Below, in pieces: positions 30,309 to 39,832 of a stretch of 64,000 nucleotides of DNA. The stretch comes from a virus, in the IMG/VR virus record IMGVR_UViG_3300035698_030167, positions 12,458-76,457 of that record; one strand, written 5' to 3'. Under the pieces are notes generated by a model. That model was not told where the DNA came from, ran no database searches, and was given only the letters and a program-made list of their open reading frames with translations. Numbering within the stretch: position 1 is the stretch's first letter; each line of letters begins with the position of its first letter. A program made the translations under genes and the position numbers.

Positions 30309-30536
30309 TTATAAATGTTTTCTTTCTTGAATAGTTAGCTTTTTTTTATTGCTAAGCCAATTAGAATGTCTTGGATTTCCGCATCCCTCGCAGCTACAAA
30401 TTTGCATATTTTCAGCTATTCTGTGAGCGTTTTGTTCTATATTTTTATAAGTATATCCCCAACTCTTTATTATCTTGACTGCTCTATTTATTTTTGCAAA
30501 ATGCTTTTTTCTTCTATAATTTCTTGTTCTATTCAT
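30309..30536 (-). CDS. Small basic protein with CSCEGCGNPR
   Basis: 75-aa ORF. Confidence 0.6.
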   Translation of the reverse strand: MNRTRNYRRKKHFAKINRAVKIIKSWGYTYKNIEQNAHRIAENMQICSCEGCGNPRHSNWLSNKKKLTIQERKHL

Positions 30537-30861
30537 GCTACAAAAATAGGATCATTACTTTTTATAGCTATTTTATGGCAAAAAGGGCATCTAAATCCTT
30601 CTAGTGGCATAACATAATACATTAGTGTCTCTTCGTAAATAATAAATTTGCCGCAATGCGGACAATAAATAGGAGTTTTATTTACCATATTTTCTCCTTG
30701 TAAAAAGTTAGGGCTTTACGTTATTACTAACACGGCAACTTTTTATTTATTGGTTTTGAAATAAAAGTATATTACTTTTTATCCCCTTTGATTTATCTTT
30801 AGTGCCTGCGAATAACCAAAACCCTAACTATTATTTATCTTATCATTTCTTTTGTTTTTTG

Positions 30862-31350
30862 TCAATCCCAAAGATTGCTAAAATACTTAGAGAAAAGTTT
30901 CATCCCTTTTTGATACCTTTCATCAAGTTCATTTGCTTTTTCTTTATTGTATTTTGGAATAAATGCTTTTTCTACGCCAAAAACATAACCACTAGCCGCA
31001 TAGTTAAAAGTCCAAATCATTTCATCAAGTGTTTTTTCCCAGTCTTTTAAGCCTTTTTCAAAATCTTCATCGCTAGCATTTTTGGAAAAATCGCATGGCA
31101 TGCTATGTCTTTCCATTTTGCGAAAAGCCTTCAATCTTTTTACAATAATCTCAGCTAAATGAGAATCTAATCCCCACAAATCACAATCACTATATCCTCT
31201 AAATAGTTTTTGAATATTCCATTTAGTATGTTTAGGAAAAAGTGGAATTTCTCTAACTAAAAACCAAAAAGCTGATTTGTACCAAGTTAATTTATAGCCA
31301 TTATCTATTTCATCCATAAGGTCTGAAACAGGGCGAAGTTCTTTATCCAT
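30862..31350 (-). CDS. Conserved-looking phage hypothetical protein
   Basis: RGYSDCDLWGLD...GMKLFSKYFSNLWD. Confidence 0.65.
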   Translation of the reverse strand: MDKELRPVSDLMDEIDNGYKLTWYKSAFWFLVREIPLFPKHTKWNIQKLFRGYSDCDLWGLDSHLAEIIVKRLKAFRKMERHSMPCDFSKNASDEDFEKGLKDWEKTLDEMIWTFNYAASGYVFGVEKAFIPKYNKEKANELDERYQKGMKLFSKYFSNLWD

Positions 31351-31362
31351 ATTTTATCCTTT

Positions 31363-31662
31363 TTAATAACCATCTAAAATCCAAACCCAACCAGAAACTA
31401 AAAAAGCTATAGTACTTAAAGTAGCCAAAATAATAAATATAATAACCCACCCAATGCTTTTTAGAACAATAAGAAAAAGTAATGGACTAAGTCCCAAAAC
31501 TATTAAAAATAAAGTATATAAAACACTAATAGCTACTTTATCTTCCATATTTTCAGCATTTTCCCATTTATTTCCAAATGCTAAAAAAGCTTTCTTAATA
31601 GTTAAAATTAAACTAAAAATAGGCAATAAAATTATTTTTACTATATTAATCAATGTATCCAT
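31363..31662 (-). CDS. Membrane protein; paralog of 47140-47433
   Basis: Shared EDKVAI..L.TLFLI. Confidence 0.6.
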   Translation of the reverse strand: MDTLINIVKIILLPIFSLILTIKKAFLAFGNKWENAENMEDKVAISVLYTLFLIVLGLSPLLFLIVLKSIGWVIIFIILATLSTIAFLVSGWVWILDGY

Positions 31663-31673
31663 ATTTCCTCCTA

Positions 31674-31761
31674 CGGAAAACCTGGGAGTCGAACCCAGTC
31701 GCCGGATATAAACCGACGCACAGTTTAGCGAACTGCTGCATTACCGTCCTGCCCGTTTTCC
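31674..31761 (-). tRNA. tRNA-Ser(GCT)
   Basis: Loop TC-GCT-AA; long variable arm. Confidence 0.88.
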
Positions 31762-32145
31762 ATAATATATTTACGAAATCTTAGCTTTTTTAAGCTGTTC
31801 AGCGGAACATTCTGACAAAAACTTTTTGCCAAGTTTTCTTAAAGAACGCGGGGCTAATTCTTTTCCACCTAATATTCTCCTAATTCCATAGGGATTACTA
31901 GAACTTTTTGATTTACCTGACGTTGCCATTTTTTATCTCCTTTAATATATCTTCTTCATTTTGCCAAATATAGTTTTTCAAATAAGAAACATGCCTACTT
32001 ATATAAGTTTCAATAACATTATTTTTTATATATTTTGACGCACAACTAGCTAAATAATCCTTTAGCCTGGCATCAACATTTAGTTCAACAATATTATTTT
32101 TACGAAACAATCCTTTTCTTTTTATTACAACTTTTATTTTCATAT

Positions 32146-32228
32146 TACCCCCACCCGGAATCGAACCGGGACGCATTTTTCAGCACAGATTTTAAGTCTG
32201 CCGACTAGGCCAATTCGTCTATAGGGGC
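32146..32228 (-). tRNA. tRNA-Leu(TAA)
   Basis: Loop CT-TAA-AA; long variable arm. Confidence 0.9.
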
Positions 32229-32545
32229 TCTTTATATTTTGAGTTTTTATAAACATTGAAATACTTATCTTTAAACGCCTCTATCCCCATAGCAAAGGCG
32301 GTAAATTTACGCTTACGCATTTTTTTTATTTCTTCAACAGATTTATTAAGCGACCCTTTTTTCAATCTTCCAATATATTCTTCATATTCTTTTTTAGGCA
32401 TCTCATAATTAGCCTTATATGAATAAAGAGTATTGTCCATATAGTTTTTCATAGTTAGTTTCATTAAGCGTCTCTTTTTATTATAATAAATATAAACTAT
32501 AAAGCATAAAGCCATTATTAATAAATAAATAAATCCTTTTATCAC
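32219..32545 (-). CDS. Hypothetical protein with N-terminal TM
   Basis: 108-aa ORF. Confidence 0.5.
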   Translation of the reverse strand: MIKGFIYLLIMALCFIVYIYYNKKRRLMKLTMKNYMDNTLYSYKANYEMPKKEYEEYIGRLKKGSLNKSVEEIKKMRKRKFTAFAMGIEAFKDKYFNVYKNSKYKEPL

Positions 32546-32997
32546 TTTATCTTTGCCTCAAATCGAATATAAAGCTCTTCGTAGTTTCCTTCATAATCTA
32601 GATCAGCATAATAAAAAATCAAATAAGGCATAATAGGATGCATACAATAATGTCTAAACCCAAGCGTCCAGCTTTTAAACTCAAACCCAGCATCAACTCT
32701 AAACAAAGCAGTATTTGGAAAAAATGTATAATCTCCTTCACTACTTAGCATACTAATCTTAGAACTTCCACCAACAAAAACATAATTAAATAAAACAAGG
32801 TGAACATCAAAATCAATATAAATAGAATGCTTAAAAGCCATATCTTCTACTATTATGTCTTCATTAATATTATAAATAAGAAATGTTGATTTTGGTAAAT
32901 AACCAATCTCAAACCCAATCGTTCCGGACAACCAGTCAAAAGCAAATGCCCCTGTTGCTATCAATAATAATAACATTATTAAAAATAATTTTTTCAT
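32542..32997 (-). CDS. Exported protein with signal peptide and amphipathic beta-strand pattern
   Basis: MKKLFLIMLLLLIATGAFA signal; alternating aromatic/hydrophobic strands. Confidence 0.55.
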   Translation of the reverse strand: MKKLFLIMLLLLIATGAFAFDWLSGTIGFEIGYLPKSTFLIYNINEDIIVEDMAFKHSIYIDFDVHLVLFNYVFVGGSSKISMLSSEGDYTFFPNTALFRVDAGFEFKSWTLGFRHYCMHPIMPYLIFYYADLDYEGNYEELYIRFEAKIK

Positions 32998-33059
32998 TTT
33001 TTCCCTTTTTTCTTTTTATTATAAATCTTTTTTTATTTTTAGTCAATTTGATTGGGCAT

Positions 33060-33118
33060 AAAAAATGCAAGTGCTATTTCAGGATGATTGATGATACAAT
33101 CATAGCACTTGCATTAAA
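33060..33118 (-). terminator. Intrinsic terminator
   Basis: ATGCAAGTGCTAT...ATAGCACTTGCAT followed by T run on - strand. Confidence 0.7.
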
Positions 33119-33393
33119 ATAAGGCTGAACTGATGCAATCCCACCGTTATATAGGAAAACATTCCTTGCCTTAGATAACTATTTCAATAAAAAATAAGCT
33201 AGGCGACTTCCAACGGAGTAGTCCTTCACAAAATACTAAATTATAATAATAGCGCTCTGGTCTTGTGCCTTATAAGATTTAGCGTCAATATTAATAATAT
33301 TTCGCTGCAACTTGACACGCCACCGCCTATGTCTGTCCATAAGTTAAGCGTCTTTCCGCTTTGTCATTTGCTATCATCTTTGACCTAGCTCTA

Positions 33394-33466
33394 TATCCCT
33401 TGCCAGATTTGAACTGAGCGTCTCCAAATTGAGAGTCTGGTATCCTATCCACTAGACGAAAGGAAC
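33394..33466 (-). tRNA. tRNA-Glu(CTC)
   Basis: Loop CT-CTC-AA. Confidence 0.8.
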
Positions 33467-33806
33467 ATAAATATAGGTTGATTTCGCTCAGCCTATGAAA
33501 GCGCTTCCATTACGTCGGAAAAAACGCTTAGATTTTATATCATCAAAACCATAAGAAAAAATGGATAATTGACGTTATCAACACGGCTGTTACTTACCAG
33601 CAGTAGCTATTTTGAAGACTGTCAAAATAACAAACAGGAACTTTATGACCGTTTCAGGCAACGTCTCTTGCGTTTGGTTAAAAACGTTTGAAAACCTCTG
33701 GCACTTTCGCCAGTAGTCAACTTATTCTCCACTAGTAGAAAATAAGATTTACAGGAGGGTTTTACGACCTCACCCCAAACGGCAAACTCTGCTCAACTTT
33801 TTCTCA

Positions 33807-33842
33807 TTAATTAATTATAAATCTTTTTTTATTTTTTGTCAA
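33807..33842 (-). promoter_or_regulatory. Sigma70-type promoter; 36-bp perfect direct repeat with 35067-35102
   Basis: TTGACA-N17-TATAAT; identical sequence at both sites. Confidence 0.85.
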
Positions 33843-33847
33843 ATAAA

Positions 33848-35050
33848 TTATCTTCTATAATTTATCGTTCCTTTTGTTTTAAGTCTAATTACTCTTTCAT
33901 TTTCTTCAACTAAAACTGGACTCTTTATAAAAATATTTCTACCAAGAGCAATATGATAACCATCTCTTTTTTCTGGATTTGTAATATCTTTTTCAATGAT
34001 AAATTTTTCTTGTTCTTCTTTTGTAATATGAACGATACAACACCACAACGCTGATTTCTTTAATATAACAGTGTCAAACTCACATCTACTTCTATAATCT
34101 TTTTGATTACCTTCAATTCCATTTATTATCCATAGTTTCTTTATATGACCATTATAATGATTCATTATAGTATCACCATTTACAAGAAAATAAGCGTCAC
34201 CCCTTAATTCAAATGATTTCTCTACAAAATCTTTAGTAATAGAAAACGGAATATTTCCAACAATGTGTTTTATATTATCTGGTAATGCATCTAATTCTAA
34301 AAAATTTTGTTTTGAAACGAAATTACTCATTGGTAATATATCACTTGATAAACCTTCTTCTCCAAGCCACCTTCCATCAAAAGCACAAGGATCGAAACAT
34401 TGTTTTCTATCAAGGTTTGAAGTTTCAAAAAATTGATCTATTATATGCTGTGGTGTAAGCCAAATATCTTTAAGTTGTGTTTTTGGACTACATACAGCAT
34501 CTCTTTCTTCTTTTGTTCCAAGAGAATTGAATCCAACAGCTTTTAATTTTTGATTTTCTTCTATTGTTATAAAATCAATTGATTGCTTATTTAAGATAGT
34601 TATAATATCTTCTGTCGTAATTTCCTTAGTATTATTATCTTTCTTTTTTTTCGCTAACTCATAAACTGTTGTTAATAATGATTTATTGGAAATGTTATGA
34701 TCTAATGTAATATAATGACCTACATTATGACATTTCTCAACTGTTTTAAAATTAGACGAGAAAAACTTCCCATATCTATTCTTTAATATTGCGCTATCTC
34801 TTCCAAGTAGAAAGAAATCAACAATTTTTACATTATGTTCTTGGCATAGTTTAAAAGCATCGTTTGAAATTCTTATATCTTCGATTGGCCTTGGCATTAA
34901 AATTTTTGTTAAAATTCCACCGTTGCTTCCGCCACCTCTCAAAATCTCTTTTGTTGCTTCTTTTGTAGTTTCTTTATCAAGAGCAATAGACATTACCACT
35001 CTAATATGCTCGGCACAAGCTCTTGTTAATCTCTTAGCGTTATTATTCAA
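33848..35050 (-). CDS. N6-adenine DNA methyltransferase-like protein with unknown N-terminal domain
   Basis: WLTPQ, FDPCAFDG (motif I variant), IVGNIPFS (motif IV variant). Confidence 0.65.
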   Translation of the reverse strand: MNNNAKRLTRACAEHIRVVMSIALDKETTKEATKEILRGGGSNGGILTKILMPRPIEDIRISNDAFKLCQEHNVKIVDFFLLGRDSAILKNRYGKFFSSNFKTVEKCHNVGHYITLDHNISNKSLLTTVYELAKKKKDNNTKEITTEDIITILNKQSIDFITIEENQKLKAVGFNSLGTKEERDAVCSPKTQLKDIWLTPQHIIDQFFETSNLDRKQCFDPCAFDGRWLGEEGLSSDILPMSNFVSKQNFLELDALPDNIKHIVGNIPFSITKDFVEKSFELRGDAYFLVNGDTIMNHYNGHIKKLWIINGIEGNQKDYRSRCEFDTVILKKSALWCCIVHITKEEQEKFIIEKDITNPEKRDGYHIALGRNIFIKSPVLVEENERVIRLKTKGTINYRR

Positions 35051-35066
35051 ATATTTGCCCTTTCCC

Positions 35067-35102
35067 TTAATTAATTATAAATCTTTTTTTATTTTTTGTC
35101 AA
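35067..35102 (-). promoter_or_regulatory. Sigma70-type promoter; second copy of the 36-bp direct repeat
   Basis: TTAATTAATTATAAATCTTTTTTTATTTTTTGTCAA on + strand. Confidence 0.85.
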
Positions 35103-35423
35103 TCGTTTTCGACATAAAATCGCCAAGATATATATTAACAATACATAAAACCGCGTTTATAAAAAAAACCGCAAAATTGCCACCAATTGCACCAACAATA
35201 GATGCAAGAAAACTTATTCCAGCAACAAAATAACAAAACTTACCTTTCATTTTAATTTTTCCTGTTCTTTTTTTGTTATAAAATAACCCATCCATACATT
35301 AAGAAAACACGCAAGTAAATTAAGCATACAAATCCAAGTATTACCGCCTACTATTATGAATGCTATAATTGCCATAAAACAAACACCAGCACAAAAAAAA
35401 TTAATTTGCCCATATTTATTCAT

Positions 35424-35657
35424 TTAGTTCCATCCTATATCTTTCATTACATCTTCTATATTTATTTCTTTTATTTCTAAATTTGGAAAAGATGTTTCCA
35501 ATATTGATATAGATTTCATAAATATGTTAGCTTGAATAGCCATTCCTTGGAAAAATATTTTTTCTTCTGCATTATCAGCAGCTTCAGATTTAATCATTGC
35601 CATTTTTTCAGCAAAGTCAAACATTTCTTTTAATTTTTTTATATCAACTTCTTTCAT
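35424..35657 (-). CDS. Hypothetical protein
   Basis: 77-aa ORF. Confidence 0.55.
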   Translation of the reverse strand: MKEVDIKKLKEMFDFAEKMAMIKSEAADNAEEKIFFQGMAIQANIFMKSISILETSFPNLEIKEINIEDVMKDIGWN

Positions 35658-35658
35658 A

Positions 35659-35730
35659 AGCGCTGAGCAGGATTTGAACCTGCGATTGAAGATTTGCAGT
35701 CTTCCGCCTTACCAACTTGGCCATCAACGC
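35659..35730 (-). tRNA. tRNA-Cys(GCA)
   Basis: Loop CT-GCA-AA; U73. Confidence 0.92.
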
Positions 35731-35734
35731 AAAA

Positions 35735-35766
35735 GTGCCCCCAAGTAATAAAACTTGGGGGTTTTT
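35735..35766 (-). terminator. Intrinsic terminator/hairpin after 35771-36100
   Basis: CCCCAAGT-AATAAA-ACTTGGGG. Confidence 0.6.
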
Positions 35767-35770
35767 ATAT

Positions 35771-36100
35771 TTATGCGGGCACCTCTTCGGCTTCGGCTCC
35801 AGGAATAGCTTTTCCCACAAACCGATGGAATTGGATAGCACGCTTGATGGTATCACCGTTATAGCCAAACTCAACGGTAAAAGTTTTGTCGTTAATTTTC
35901 GTAACGTCTCCAACTTCTTCACCATCTTTAAACTGAAAGGCGATGCGATCACCAACCGCTACCGTAGATTTAAAAGTATCTACAATAACGTTTTTTTCAC
36001 TTGCGAGCTTTTCTTTCTTATACTCTTTTACTTCGCTAACGAAAGTATCAAGCTCAGAAATACTCATCTCGTCAAGATTTTCCTTCATAAAATCGTTCAA
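35771..36100 (-). CDS. Helix plus SH3/KOW-like protein; paralog of 54381-54722
   Basis: LDEMSISEL...VGDRIAF...VTKINDKTFTVEF. Confidence 0.6.
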   Translation of the reverse strand: MNDFMKENLDEMSISELDTFVSEVKEYKKEKLASEKNVIVDTFKSTVAVGDRIAFQFKDGEEVGDVTKINDKTFTVEFGYNGDTIKRAIQFHRFVGKAIPGAEAEEVPA

Positions 36101-36826
36101 TATTTCCCCCTTATTTTTCCCATTAATTAATTATATTATTTTTTTCTTTTTTTGTCAATTTTGTATTCTTGTAAATCATAAACACAAGTAAATTTTCGTT
36201 CTGTTCTAGGAATTAATTCATTTGCCATTTTAGGTGAAGAGAATACACCTATTACCTTACCTTATCTTGTTTTCCACTAACGCTACTTTCTATAAGAACA
36301 TAAACTTTCATTTCATGAGTTCTCTTGGCTTACGAGCAGTTTTTTTACACTTTTCACATTCAGCAAAATGCTTTATTGCTCCGTTTGGAGCAACAGTTCT
36401 CATGTGAATAATTCCACCGCACAGACAAGTAAGAACCTCTCTTTCTGTTCTAGCTTTAGCCATTTTTTTCTCCTTTATTTATACTGAAAATAAATTACCA
36501 AATAAACTACCACCCAAAAAAATTAAAAAAAATATAAAAAACATTTTCCATTCTGGACGACCTTGCATTTCCGCATCAAGCCACATATATCCAGTTAGGC
36601 CTAAAAGTACTCCCATTATTGCTTTAAATATTACCATTATTTTTTAAAACCTGCTACCATCGCAATAATAATCAAAACTATAAGAAATAACCCCCAGGGT
36701 ATCCACATAGGAGCAAAAATCCACCACCAACTCCAGTCAATAACTTTCGTTAGTTTCAACACTAAAAATATTATAACTAATATTCCACCTAAATTTGGAT
36801 TAATGGTAATTTTTTTATCGCTCATT

Positions 36827-37234
36827 TTATTTATCCCTTACTTTCATTAAAATTTTTCCTAAATGATTTTGCCCAATACCATTGCATACACCCCAAAAAG
36901 TATCATTCCAATTATTACCTTCTACCAGCTCTTCATTTCCAGTAGCAAGAAGTTTTTGCATAAGTTTAGGGTTTTTAAATTTTTCTTTAACTAATCTTGT
37001 CATTATCCATTCTTTTACATCTTCCCAATCTTTTCTAAGATGAAGCGTTCTTCCTTTGCGCTTTGCCTGCCCAGGAGTTTTACATAATTGAATAGCTCGT
37101 TTTTCCAGCGGAAAAATTGTTTTTGCTGCTTGATAAGCATGTTCAACAGTAGAGTATTTCATTCCTTCCCATTCAATTTCACTTGAGTAAAAATTGCTGA
37201 GAAATCTATATTGTCCTATAAATTTATTTATCAT
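36827..37234 (-). CDS. NADAR (DUF1768/YbiA-like) family protein
   Basis: FLSNFY, TVEHAYQAAK, LVEGNNWNDTFWGV, GQNHLGKILMKVR. Confidence 0.9.
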   Translation of the reverse strand: MINKFIGQYRFLSNFYSSEIEWEGMKYSTVEHAYQAAKTIFPLEKRAIQLCKTPGQAKRKGRTLHLRKDWEDVKEWIMTRLVKEKFKNPKLMQKLLATGNEELVEGNNWNDTFWGVCNGIGQNHLGKILMKVRDK

Positions 37235-37235
37235 T

Positions 37236-37307
37236 TGAGCTGTGCAAGGATCGAACTCGCGTCGCTTGGTTCGTAGCCAAACATTCTATCCATTGAACTA
37301 ACAGCCC
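37236..37307 (-). tRNA. tRNA-Arg(ACG)
   Basis: Loop CT-ACG-AA. Confidence 0.9.
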
Positions 37308-37461
37308 TTTTATTTATAACCGCCAACAAACCAACCAATCAATCCGCAAGTTATTACTTGCATAATAAACCGCAAATCCAGATTTTCAATAGTATGTTGC
37401 CATATAAATAAACTTATAAATGCTAAGCAAAACACCACTGCCATTTTTATGATTATTCTTT

Positions 37462-37725
37462 TCATAAATCTAATAACCCCTTACTTTTTCCTGTGGCAAT
37501 CCATGTGTATACATGGTAAAATCCATTAGTTATTCCAAAAAAAATAAAAAATCCAATCAATCCTACCACTACTCCTATCATTATAATTTGTTCAATTTTG
37601 TCTAAATATGGCATAATCAAAGACATTATACTTTTTATAAAATATAGCCATGCAATAATTCCACAAATAATAATTCCGGTGACTATTGATGCTTTTTTTA
37701 GCCTTGCTTTTTGTTCTTTATTCAT
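37462..37725 (-). CDS. Small membrane protein (paralog family)
   Basis: Ends YTWIATGKSKGLLDL. Confidence 0.6.
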   Translation of the reverse strand: MNKEQKARLKKASIVTGIIICGIIAWLYFIKSIMSLIMPYLDKIEQIIMIGVVVGLIGFFIFFGITNGFYHVYTWIATGKSKGLLDL

Positions 37726-37746
37726 TTTTTTTAGCCTTGCTTCTTT

Positions 37747-38004
37747 TCATAAATCTAAAAATCCTTTACTTTTTCCTGTGGCAATCCAGGTATATGAACG
37801 ATAGCATACGTTAGCTATTATAAGAGCAATAATCGGCCAAAATATCCCTATTGGTATCGATACAAGTATAGCATCATCGCCGCCGCCTGGCACAACCAAA
37901 AGTGCCAATTTTTTAGTAATATAAAACCATACAATAACGCTACTAATAATATACCCAATAATTTTTAAAAATTTGTTCAGTCTAGCACCTTGTTCATTAT
38001 TCAT
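37747..38004 (-). CDS. Small membrane protein (paralog family)
   Basis: Ends YTWIATGKSKGFLDL. Confidence 0.6.
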   Translation of the reverse strand: MNNEQGARLNKFLKIIGYIISSVIVWFYITKKLALLVVPGGGDDAILVSIPIGIFWPIIALIIANVCYRSYTWIATGKSKGFLDL

Positions 38005-38005
38005 T

Positions 38006-38078
38006 AGGGCAATTGAGACTTGAACTCAAACATCACTCGGATATCAGCCGAGCGGCTTCACCAATTTGCCTATCGCCC
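38006..38078 (-). tRNA. tRNA-Ile(GAT)
   Basis: Loop CT-GAT-AT. Confidence 0.88.
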
Positions 38079-38323
38079 TATTTATATATAGCTGCTACCA
38101 GTCGCCCTCGCTCGTTTTTATATAAAAACTTGTACTGATACCTATATATCCATAATAATCGTCCCACAACAGCTATATTATTTTATTTATTGTCGTTGCG
38201 CAATAATCTGAAAACTTTACTGCTTCTATTGTCAATACTTTTACTGGCAAAACTTTCTCTTCTATTCTTTCATCCCTGGTAAAAAAAAGCATTGCTTCTT
38301 TATATTTTCTTATTTTACTTATT

Positions 38324-38617
38324 TTATCCATTTTTTTCTTTTTTGTCAACAACTTCCTTGGATACTTTTTTTACTTTATCATCAACAACAGGTATTGCAT
38401 CATACTCAACCGAGCTTTCGCGATCGTCTTCGTAATCTTCATCGTCCATTTCTGGAACTCCATGCAATCCTTCATAACTATCATAATATTGACAAGCGTT
38501 TTCCCAAGCATAAATAATAGCCGCATCCCTATTTTTGAAATCTTCTATTTCTTGCGGTTCATCCATATCAATATTATCGCCACCAACGCCACTTGCATAA
38601 TAAATTTTGAACTTCAT
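38324..38617 (-). CDS. Acidic hypothetical protein
   Basis: 97-aa ORF. Confidence 0.55.
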   Translation of the reverse strand: MKFKIYYASGVGGDNIDMDEPQEIEDFKNRDAAIIYAWENACQYYDSYEGLHGVPEMDDEDYEDDRESSVEYDAIPVVDDKVKKVSKEVVDKKEKNG

Positions 38618-39309
38618 TTTATTTCTCCTATATTTTTGTAATTAGCATAAAAATTATCTATTTGTCCTACCATATGATAGTGCCCAAAATGCCATTCTTT
38701 AAACTCTAACTTATCTTTCAGCATTTCAAAATAATCAGTAAGTTGATTTCTTGTTTTCTCCATTTGCGATATTTCGCATAATATATAAAATATAGAAGTA
38801 GGGCAAGCATGAGTTAAAACATAATCAACTTTCCAGTTATATTTTTCAAGAGTTTTTATTCCTTTTTTATATTCTGCTTCTGATGGCATTTCTTCTTTCC
38901 ACCAAGAAATATATTCTGTTCTCCACTCTTTATCCATACTATTTCCACCACCAAAAGTAAAAAACTTTTTACCATCAATAATATAAACTTCGCCCCTTTT
39001 TAAATGAAAAGTACTTTCATTTAATACGCCAACTTTTGAACCAAACATATTTGTTTGTGGCAGTTTATTTATTCTGTCAAAATTTTCATGGTTTCCATCT
39101 ATAAAAAGCGTAGTCCATGGCCTATTTTTTAGCCAAAGCTGCCAATGTTGTTCGCTTTTTTTACTTTCATTTACGTCCCACACTAAACCAAAATCACCAA
39201 GAACTATAACATAATCATTTTTAGTTAAAGTTTCTCCCTTTAAAAAATTTTTTGAATTAAGACGCAGTATCTCTAATGGACCGTGTAAATCGCCCGTATA
39301 ATAAATCAT
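38614..39309 (-). CDS. Calcineurin-like metallophosphoesterase
   Basis: GDLHG, LGDFG, DGNHE, LTHACP, FGHYH. Confidence 0.9.
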   Translation of the reverse strand: MIYYTGDLHGPLEILRLNSKNFLKGETLTKNDYVIVLGDFGLVWDVNESKKSEQHWQLWLKNRPWTTLFIDGNHENFDRINKLPQTNMFGSKVGVLNESTFHLKRGEVYIIDGKKFFTFGGGNSMDKEWRTEYISWWKEEMPSEAEYKKGIKTLEKYNWKVDYVLTHACPTSIFYILCEISQMEKTRNQLTDYFEMLKDKLEFKEWHFGHYHMVGQIDNFYANYKNIGEIK

Positions 39310-39572
39310 TATTCAAAATCCAAGAAATATTGTTTATTTTTCAAAACTGGGTTTAGCCAACTTTTATGCCAAGTCCAACCAAGTCCAGTATACCATTCTC
39401 CATTATGGTAATTTGTAAGTAGACTAAATTCAAAAGACCCTCTTCCGCAAAATTGTATCATGCCAGTATTGAAACAAGCTGCGCTTGCTCTAAATTTTTT
39501 TATATAAAGAATATCATTAATGTATACTAAGTCTTTTCTTATTTCTTTATAGCTTTTTATGTAAGTTTTCAT
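39309..39572 (-). CDS. WH.SWL-family small protein 1
   Basis: FCG.G.F...WY.G.GW.WHKSWL...KNKQYFLDFE. Confidence 0.7.
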   Translation of the reverse strand: MKTYIKSYKEIRKDLVYINDILYIKKFRASAACFNTGMIQFCGRGSFEFSLLTNYHNGEWYTGLGWTWHKSWLNPVLKNKQYFLDFE

Positions 39573-39832
39573 TAAAATTCCAATAAATATTGTTTATTTT
39601 TTAAAGCTATAATTAGCCAACTTTTATGCCAAAGATAGCCCATACTACCTCTAAAATAATCCTTTGCTCCACATGCATTATGCGACACGAAATCAAAAGG
39701 ACCTTTTTCACAAAATTCTTTCATAGACGGAATAAAAGCGATACCAGACTCTTTATTGGCGTAAATACGACCACCACAATGCAACACGCTAACTTTTCTT
39801 ATTTCTTTATATTTTTTTACAAAAGCTTTCAT
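39572..39832 (-). CDS. WH.SWL-family small protein 2
   Basis: Same pattern; ends KNKQYLLEF. Confidence 0.7.
   Translation of the reverse strand: MKAFVKKYKEIRKVSVLHCGGRIYANKESGIAFIPSMKEFCEKGPFDFVSHNACGAKDYFRGSMGYLWHKSWLIIALKNKQYLLEF

Noticed and set aside
33300-33390. c-di-GMP riboswitch (GCAAA...GAAA)
   Set aside because: Helices and the GACGCAAA/second-stem consensus do not fit, and no downstream gene is controlled.
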